NCBI RefSeq assembly: GCF_004010195.1
Contig: NW_025214964.1
Span: forward strand, 14,063-56,431
Length of the DNA: 42,369 nucleotides
Direction: 5' to 3'
DNA from: Chiloscyllium plagiosum
Lineage: Eukaryota
The notes beneath the pieces were generated by a model, which saw only the letters and a program-made list of their open reading frames with translations, was not told the origin of the DNA and made no database searches. A program made the translations under genes and the position numbers. Every line of letters starts with the position of its first letter. The stretch's first letter is position 1. Positions 35,385-42,369 of the stretch are shown piece after piece.

Positions 35385-38020
35385 TCATTGACTGATGCAG
35401 CAGGGTAGATTGGTGGGAACAAGGCCAATTTTATTTTCTCCTCTTGGTGCTACCCTCACTACCTGCTGAAGACTCAGTCTAGCAGCAATATCGTTTATGA
35501 CTTGGCTACTCAACTGGGTCTCAGCATGAGGGTAAAATGTATTTGATCTTGCCCTCACCAATTTTCCTGCCACAGATGTGTCTATCCATGATAGGATCAG
35601 CAAGAGTGATCATCACACAATCATTGTGGAGGCAAAGTCCCACCTTCACATTGAGGATACCCTCCTTCATATTGTGTGGCATTTTCACCATAGTAAATGG
35701 AACAGATCTAGAAATGCAAAGCTTGGAAGCCCTGAGGCACTGTGGACTTTTCGAAGGAGGGACAGAATCATATTCAACCGTAATCTGTAACTTCATGACC
35801 CTGTATATTCCACACTTTATCATCATCAAGCTGCGAGATCAAGCTGGTTTGCTGAAGAATACAGGAGAGCATGCCAGAAGCATCATCAGACATAAATAAC
35901 AATGAGATGTCAAGCTACCAAACAGGACTACTTCCCTGCCATGCAGCATAAGCAGTAAGTGATGGACCAAGCTAAGCCAACCCATAACAACAGATCAGAT
36001 CGAAGCTCTGCAGTCCTGCCACATCCAGTTGTGAATGATGGGGGACAATTAAACAACTCCCTGGAGGAGACATTGCACAAGTGTCGTCATCCTCAATGAT
36101 GAGGGAGCACAACTCCTTGGTGCGAAATGCAAGGCTGAAGCATTTGCAACAACACTCAGCCAGAAATGTCAAGTGGAGATCCATCATAGCCTCCTCCAAA
36201 GGTGCCCAGCATCACAGATGCCAGTCTTCAGCCAATTCGATTCACTCCACAGATATCAAGAAATGGTTGGAGACACTGGATACTACAAAGACAGCATTCC
36301 AGCAACAGTACTTTATGTGCAATTTTCCATATTGCTGGGCAGATGCCAGAGTTTTAGCTGTACTGGAACAGCTTGGTGAGGCAGGTGGCAAGTTCTGGTG
36401 TTCCGGTATAGCTAAAACACTGGCATCTGCCCAACAATATGGAAAATTGCACATAAAGAGCAGGACAAATCTAATCCAGCCCATTGTCACCCCATCAGCT
36501 TACTCTCCATCATCAGTAAAGTGACTGTGCCTTCAATAAGTACTTGCTCAACACTATCTTACCAACTCACTTTTAATTCCAAACAAAGATGGCTGTGAGA
36601 TGGTTGCAGCTATTGGAGTTCAGTTATCGCAGCTCCAGGTAGCGTCCCAGGTGCAAACATCTTCAGGTGCTTCATCAATGACCTTCCCTCCATCATTGGG
36701 GATGTTCACCGGTAATTGCACAATGTTCAGCATCATTCACAAACCCTCCAATACTGAAACAGTCCATGTTCAAATACAACAAGATCTGGACGATATTTAG
36801 GCTTGGGCTTTTTTTTTATGCATTCACAGGCTGGCTAGGCACGCATTTATTGCACGTCCCCAAATGCCCAGAGGGCAGTTAAGAGTCAATGACATTGCTG
36901 TGGATCTGGAGTCACATGTAGTCTAAACCAGGTAGGTATGGCAGTTTCCTTCCATAAAGGATATTAGTGAGGCTGACAAGTGACACACAAATGTCAGTCA
37001 ATGACCATCCCCAGTAAGAGACAATCTAACTACCACCCCTTGACATTCAATGGTTTTACCCCCACTCAATCCCCCACTATTAACATCTTAGGGATTACCA
37101 TTGACCAGAAACTCAACTGTACTCACCATATAAATACAACAGGTCAGAGGCTAGTAACTCACCTTCTGACTCCCCAGAGCCTGTCCATTACCTACAAGGC
37201 ACAAGTCATGTGTGCGATAGAATACTCCCCATTTACCTGGATGATTACAGCTCCAACAACACTTAAGAAGCTCGACATTATTCAAGACAAGTTAGCCACT
37301 TGATTTGCATCACATCCACTCATTCATTCATGCGGTGTGGGCATCATTGGTTGAGCCATCAGTCACTGCTAATCTTCAATTCCTTCGCAAAGGAACCAAT
37401 ATAGTCCATGTGGTGTAGGTTCACCCACATTACTGTTAGGGAACTCCAGGATATCAACCCAGTGACAGCAAAGGGATAGCAATGTAGTCTAAATTAAGAT
37501 GGTGTGACTTGGAGGAGAACTTATGTGGTGTCCCATGGACCTTGTCTGATAGATCCTTTTGACTTTAATTTCTAATAATCAACCACAGGATCTTGAATAT
37601 AGGTTTTCAATTGTTTCTTCAAAGCTACGTAGAGAGATTGAATTCACAAACATTCACTCCCTCCGCATTTGATGCTCAGTAGTATGTACCTTCTACAAGT
37701 TGATTTCTTCAAAGACCTTTAGATAGTATCTTCCAAACCCATGACCACTTCCATCTTGAAGGACAAGGGCAGGAGGTACATATGCATATCACCAACAGCA
37801 AGTTGCCTCATTACATGTGACTGTAAATTCTATTCAATTCAATTAAGTTCCTCTCCAAACCACTCACCATCCTGACTTGGAAATATATTACATTTCTTTT
37901 AGTGTCACTGGGCACACGGACTGTCGTGGTTCGAGAAGATAGCTCACTATCACCTATTCAAGGGCAATAAGTGAATGGCATTAAATGCTGGCCACATCCC
38001 ATGAATGAACAGTAATAAAA
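35385..38020 (+). mobile_element. Second LINE family (CR1/L2 group), long decayed copy with nested insertions
   Basis: Endonuclease end (HDRISKSDHHTII..VWHFHHSKW), RT end LTFNG..SPTINILGITIDQKLN..TYKAQV..EYSP..W..APTTLKKLDIIQ, and 3' cccatgaatgaa tail. Interrupted at 36810-36970 and 37319-37650. Confidence 0.8.
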
Positions 38021-38029
38021 AAAGGTAGC

Positions 38030-38580
38030 TAATGATTGCACACTTTTCAATACCATTTGCAACTCGTTAGATATTGAAGCAGTTTGTGATGATAAGCAGC
38101 AAGACCTGGACAACATCCAATATTGGGCTGATAAGTAGCAAGCAACATTTGCACCAAACTACTAATCAATATCTATCTCTACCAAGGCAGAATCTAATCA
38201 TCACTCCTTGATATTCAATAATGTTATCTTCAATGAAATCCCCCTTATCAATATCTTGGGGCGTCACCATTGACTAGAAACTCAAATGGACTAGTCATAT
38301 AAATACAGTGGCTACAAGAGCAGTTCAGAGGCTAGGAATACTACAGCAAGTAACTCATTTCCTGTCCACCATCTACAAAGCACAAGTCAGGAGAGTGATG
38401 GAATACTCCACACTTGGCCAGATGGCTGCAGCTCCAACAACATTCAAGAATCTTAGCACCATCTAGGGCACAGCAGACAGCTTGATTGACACCATATCCA
38501 GTAACCTCCACTCCCTCCACCATTGAGACTCAGTAACAGCAGTGTGTATGATCTACAAGATACAATTCAGAATCATCTCT
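38030..38580 (+). mobile_element. Second-family LINE RT fragment
   Basis: QQDLDNIQYWADK, INILG..IDxKLKWTSHINTVA and TIYKAQVRRVMEYS. Confidence 0.8.
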
Positions 38581-39098
38581 CTTTTTCAATTTTCAATTTT
38601 AAAATTATGGGCGGCACGGTGGCACAGTGGTTAGCACTGCTGCCTCACAGCGCCAGAGACCCGGGTTCAATTCCCGCCTCAGGCGACTGACTGTGTGGAG
38701 TTTGCACCTAGGAATACTGCAGCAAGTAACTCATTTCCTGTCTCCCCAAAGTCTGTCCACCATCTACAAAGCACAAGTCAGGAGAGTGATGGAATACTCC
38801 ACACTTGGCCAGATGGCTGCAGCTCCAACAACATTCAAGAATCTTAGCACCACCTAGGGCACAGCAGACAGCTTGATTGACACCATATCCAGTAACCTCG
38901 CCTCCCTCCACCATTGAGACTCAGTAACAGCAGTGTGTACGATCTACAAGATACAATTCAGAATCACCTCTCTTTTTCAATTTTCAATTTTAAAATTATG
39001 GGCGGCACCGTGGCACAGTGGTTAGCACTGCTGCCTCACAGCGGCAGAGACCCGGGTTCAATTCCCGCCTCAGGCGACTGACTGTGTGGAGTTTGCAC
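38332..39098 (+). repeat. Tandem duplication, 376 bp + 391 bp
   Basis: Copies 38332-38707 and 38708-39098 both run ctaggaatact...ggagtttgcac; they differ by a 15-bp indel and a few substitutions. Confidence 0.95.
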
Positions 39099-39243
39099 AT
39101 TCTCCCCTTGTCTGTGTGGGTTTCCTCCGGGTGCTCCGGTTTCCTCCTACAGTCCAAAGATGTGCGGGTCAGGTGAATTGGCGGGTCGGTGTGGACTTGT
39201 TGGGCCGAAGGGCCTGTTTCCACACTGTAAAGTAATCTAATCT
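39000..39243 (+). mobile_element. Young HE1-type SINE with internal deletion (5' part duplicated at 38608-38707)
   Basis: gggcggcaccgtggcacagtggttagcactgctgcctcacagc head with A/B boxes, CR1-like end gggccgaagggcctgtttccacactgta and (AATCT) tail. Confidence 0.92.
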
Positions 39244-41012
39244 TACCCAGGCTCCTCTGACAGGAGCTTTCAAAACTGTAGTCTTCTTAGAGTAAAAATG
39301 TACTTTTTCTTCTGAAGCAGTGAGAAAATCGCCAGATAAACCTTGGACCAGATGAGCTTTGTGCACCCTAAAGGCCAGCTTCCGCAGGAATTATGAAGGT
39401 GCACCTTGTACAAAGGTTCTCTCCAGAGAAAGGATTTAGAGATGAAGTGAAAAGGCAGATATTGATAGGCAATGGCAAAAAAAAACTGTACCAAGTTAGG
39501 ATGAGATTAATTAATTCTTGACTGAGTGAAGAAGACATTAACGGCATTGAGTTATGTGTTTGAATGAGTTTCTAGTTCTTATGTTTGTGTGAAATGAGAT
39601 CTGAATTTATGTCATGAGATGTTTATGTGACTAAAAATGGTATCAGCTGCTTTTTCCTTTACTTCAGAGTTTTTGTCGTGACTAGCCTGGAATGAAATTA
39701 CTCTCGCTTCGTACTTTTGAAGAAACAATTGAAAACCTGTATTCAAGATCCTGTGGTTGATTATTAGAAATTCAAGTCAAAAGGATCTATCAGACAAGGT
39801 CCATGGGACACCACACAAGTTCTCCTCCAAGTCACACACCATCTTAATTTAGACTACATTGCTGTCCCTTTGCTGTCACTGGGTCGATATCCTGGAACTC
39901 CCTAACAGTACTGTGGGTGAACCTACACCACACGGACTATATTGTTCTTTTGCGGAGAAATTGAAAATAAACAATGACGATGGCTCAGCCAATGATGCCC
40001 ACATCCCATGAATGAATGAGAAAACAAACCTGTATGTTATTGAAACCTGTTGCCGAGTCTTTTCACCTTGCCCACCTCATCACAAGAGTTGCCAAACCTC
40101 AAAACATCACACTAATTTATACTACAGGGTGAAAGGGGGCAGGTTGGTTGGCAAGTTGACTTTGGCTGGGATATTGCCACAGAGAAAGCTACAGGGAACT
40201 ATAGGCTCCCCGTGTTTCTGAATAATATTATTCAAACAATTCAAATCAGAAAGTCAAAGGGGAAATAAATGTAATTGGCACTTGAAGCCCTTGCACAATG
40301 CCATAGAAGTAACAGGGCCTGAGGTCTGACCTTTAGGTCATTGGCCACTTGCCATGAACTGGAGCCTGTCCACTATTCCATTCTGGTACTGGCCCTGTTG
40401 CTGAATTATGACCCTATGCTGAATTTTTGAGTTGTTTTTTTTAATCTTCTCCTGGCAGGCTGCCTTTGGGCAGTGGCACGTGAGGGGCTTTCTGCAGCAT
40501 CAGTACCTGGCAATGCCAACCACAGATGAAACAGGCTGCAAGGCTTGGCTGATTGAGTGTTAACTTTAAATAAGGCACGGGCTGCAGGCAGAAACCCCGT
40601 CTCCAGCTGAGAAATCATGTTCCAAGGGGCCAGTGAGGCTTGCTATGTGTATGGGCCTCAATGTTATCAGGCTGTTTTTTATTGAACACTAGTTACAGTG
40701 TAATCCAAGGCAAACCTCATTAATGATCGTAAGGCATGATCGCCCACTAGACTGCTCGTTCATTGGACAAGCAGCCCAGAGGATTGTGTAGGAATAGCAA
40801 ATATAATTCAAAAGATAGCAGGGAAAACAATAATGTGAAGCAGCAGGGTGGGGGTGGGGGATGGGCACTAAACTGGTGAGCAAGTCAGCACGATATATCT
40901 GAAAAAAAAACCCCGAGCCTCCGCTGAAGAACTTGGGTAGTTTTTAACAGGAAAGGAAAAACTTGTCAGAAGGTGTGGAGACTCCTTTCCGTTTGATTTG
41001 TTATCAGACAAG

Positions 41013-41196
41013 ATGAGCAGCGGTACCAAATCTGGGAGCATCGACAAGCCTCCCCTGACTCACTCAGTGGAGGGGATTTTGAACCGGCCTTTTAAGAGAG
41101 TCCTGGATGAGGAGAGGTCAGGTGGCAGAAGGGGGACCCTACACGGAGACAGGGCATCCAGGCAACTGGAGAGTCATGACAGGTACCGCACCCAAG
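41013..41196 (+). CDS. ISX: Putative first coding exon of an ISX-like (intestine-specific, PRD-class) homeobox gene
   Basis: MSSGTKSGSIDKPPLTHSVEGILNRPFKR... contains an eh1/octapeptide resembling ISX LSFSIEAILKRP (from memory). ATG context AAGATGA; strong donor CAAG/GTAAGG after 41196 (phase 1); possible acceptor ctcctttccgtttgatttgttatcag/ at 41007. The homeodomain is not in the window, so identity is inferred. Confidence 0.55.
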
Positions 41197-41199
41197 GTA

Positions 41200-41226
41200 A
41201 GGTCTGGGGGAGGTCAGTGCGGGTCA
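41200..41226 (+). promoter_or_regulatory. Overlapping DR5 and DR4 nuclear-receptor elements
   Basis: AGGTCT ggggg AGGTCA gtgc GGGTCA at the start of the putative intron. Confidence 0.45.
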
Positions 41227-41659
41227 TGCCTTTGCCCGAGCATGAGGCCAGATAAAGTGATATGACTCACAGAGATTGCTGACTCATGGAGACAGATAAC
41301 ACTGCCTTTTCTTTATTTGGAAGTTCTGAAAAGAGAACACCACTATCCTTCCCTTTTCCCATCTACCCCCTCACCCGCCTTCCTGATCGCCCGCGCCAGA
41401 GTGGCTCTGGGGCTGTGTGAATTGTCTCTCAGCGTCTCCCAGCTCAGAGGTGATAAGATTCAACCTGAGTCTCTTTGTCTCTTTGGTTGGCTGCACTGCT
41501 CTGTATCGGGTGTGCGTGGGCGATGCACGATAAAGGCCAGGCTCATGGTCAACATTGGCTGTGCTCACTTGTCACCAATACCCTGCTCTTGCCAAAGTGG
41601 GTTGTGCAACGACATCCCGGCAACAGTCACCCTCTTGAACAAAGAAAACCAGGTTTTGC

Positions 41660-41666
41660 GTGTGTG

Positions 41667-41697
<31 letters not shown>
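41660..41697. repeat. (GT)n microsatellite
   Basis: About 19 GT units with one interruption. Confidence 0.97.
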
Positions 41698-41759
41698 CAT
41701 ATGTGTCATTTACTTGTTATGGATGTTGGTTTGGATCCATATAGGACAGGCTGTGTAAC

Positions 41760-42000
41760 TTCAGCATGTACTCCTCTGAAGTACAGAAGTTTGGAGTGTG
41801 ATCTGATTGAGGTCTTTAAAATACAGCTCATTAAAAGGACTTCATATCAGGTACAGACAGATGAACTATTTTGTCTAGTGGGGGTATCAAGAAAGATCTT
41901 TAAGTTAGAGCAAGGCCACTTCAGTGGAAAATTGGGAAAGACACAATGGTCAGTTGAAATCGGGAATTCTTTTCACTTGATGTTGGGGTGGATTGAAACC
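41760..42000 (+). mobile_element. Very old CR1 3' remnant
   Basis: PLKYRSLECDLIEVFKI...LFCLVGVSR resembles the CR1 ORF2 end. Confidence 0.6.
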
Positions 42001-42279
42001 GCTAATACAGAGAATGGTAGAATTAACTTAAGTGAAGATGTGGAGCTAAGGTGGGCAAATAAACCTACAACAGAAATCAACCCTTTGGAAAATTAGGAAT
42101 GCTCTCCCAGTCAGTGACACCGTAACCTCATAAAGAAATGAAAAAAAACACATAAATGAAGGCAGCATTGATGGATGGGTCTCTGCCTCTTCCTCTGCCA
42201 TAGACTGTGCAGCAAAAGTTTTTAAAACATTTATTCTTTAATGGGATGTGGGTATTTATCACAGGACCAGAACTTGGTC

Positions 42280-42369
42280 CACATCATTCTGAACCCTTCC
42301 CATTCATGTACCCATCCAGGTGCCTTTTAAATGCTGTAATTGTACCAGCTTCACCACTTCCTCTGGCAG
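42280..42369 (-). mobile_element. CR1 3' fragment running off the window
   Basis: cccttcccattcatgtacccatccaggtgccttttaaatgctgtaattgtaccagc is the same CR1 segment as about 8700-8775. Confidence 0.85.

Noticed and set aside
39000..39070. tRNA gene
   Set aside because: The A/B boxes continue directly into the SINE body and CR1-like tail, so this is a tRNA-derived SINE head.
41170..41188. Alternative donor GACAG/GTACCG at 41182
   Set aside because: Weaker match to the donor consensus than CAAG/GTAAGG at 41196; it cannot be excluded without RNA data.
41317..42096. 259-aa ORF
   Set aside because: It starts at TTG, runs through a GT microsatellite and an old CR1 remnant, and lies in the putative intron.

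Overview
Eukaryotic, repeat-dense genomic DNA. It is almost certainly from a shark or other elasmobranch, inferred from HE1-type V-SINEs, SacSINE1/Deu-domain SINEs and abundant CR1 LINE 3' ends. Nearly all ORFs in the track are decayed retroelement fragments (CR1, a second CR1/L2-group LINE, Rex1/Babar, L1, Gypsy gag, Penelope-like elements) or spurious. The only plausible host coding sequence is one exon near the right end (41008-41196). Its peptide has an eh1/octapeptide motif (LTHSVEGILNRP) resembling the N-terminus of the intestine-specific homeobox gene ISX, and stacked nuclear-receptor half-sites (DR5/DR4) follow it. The most striking structure is a set of Penelope-related elements carrying minimal type-I hammerhead ribozyme cores (CUGANGA-stem II-GAAAC/GUC) whose stem II sequence varies while pairing is kept. 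One is a retrozyme-like insertion of 203-bp tandem units bounded by a 15-bp target-site duplication (5918-6746). A 1.3-kb palindrome (20138-21450) is centred exactly on a ribozyme-bearing element. Several local inverted, templated duplications are also present. There is a 449-N assembly gap, so some near-identical duplications could be assembly artefacts. Repeat boundaries are approximate unless a TSD is given.
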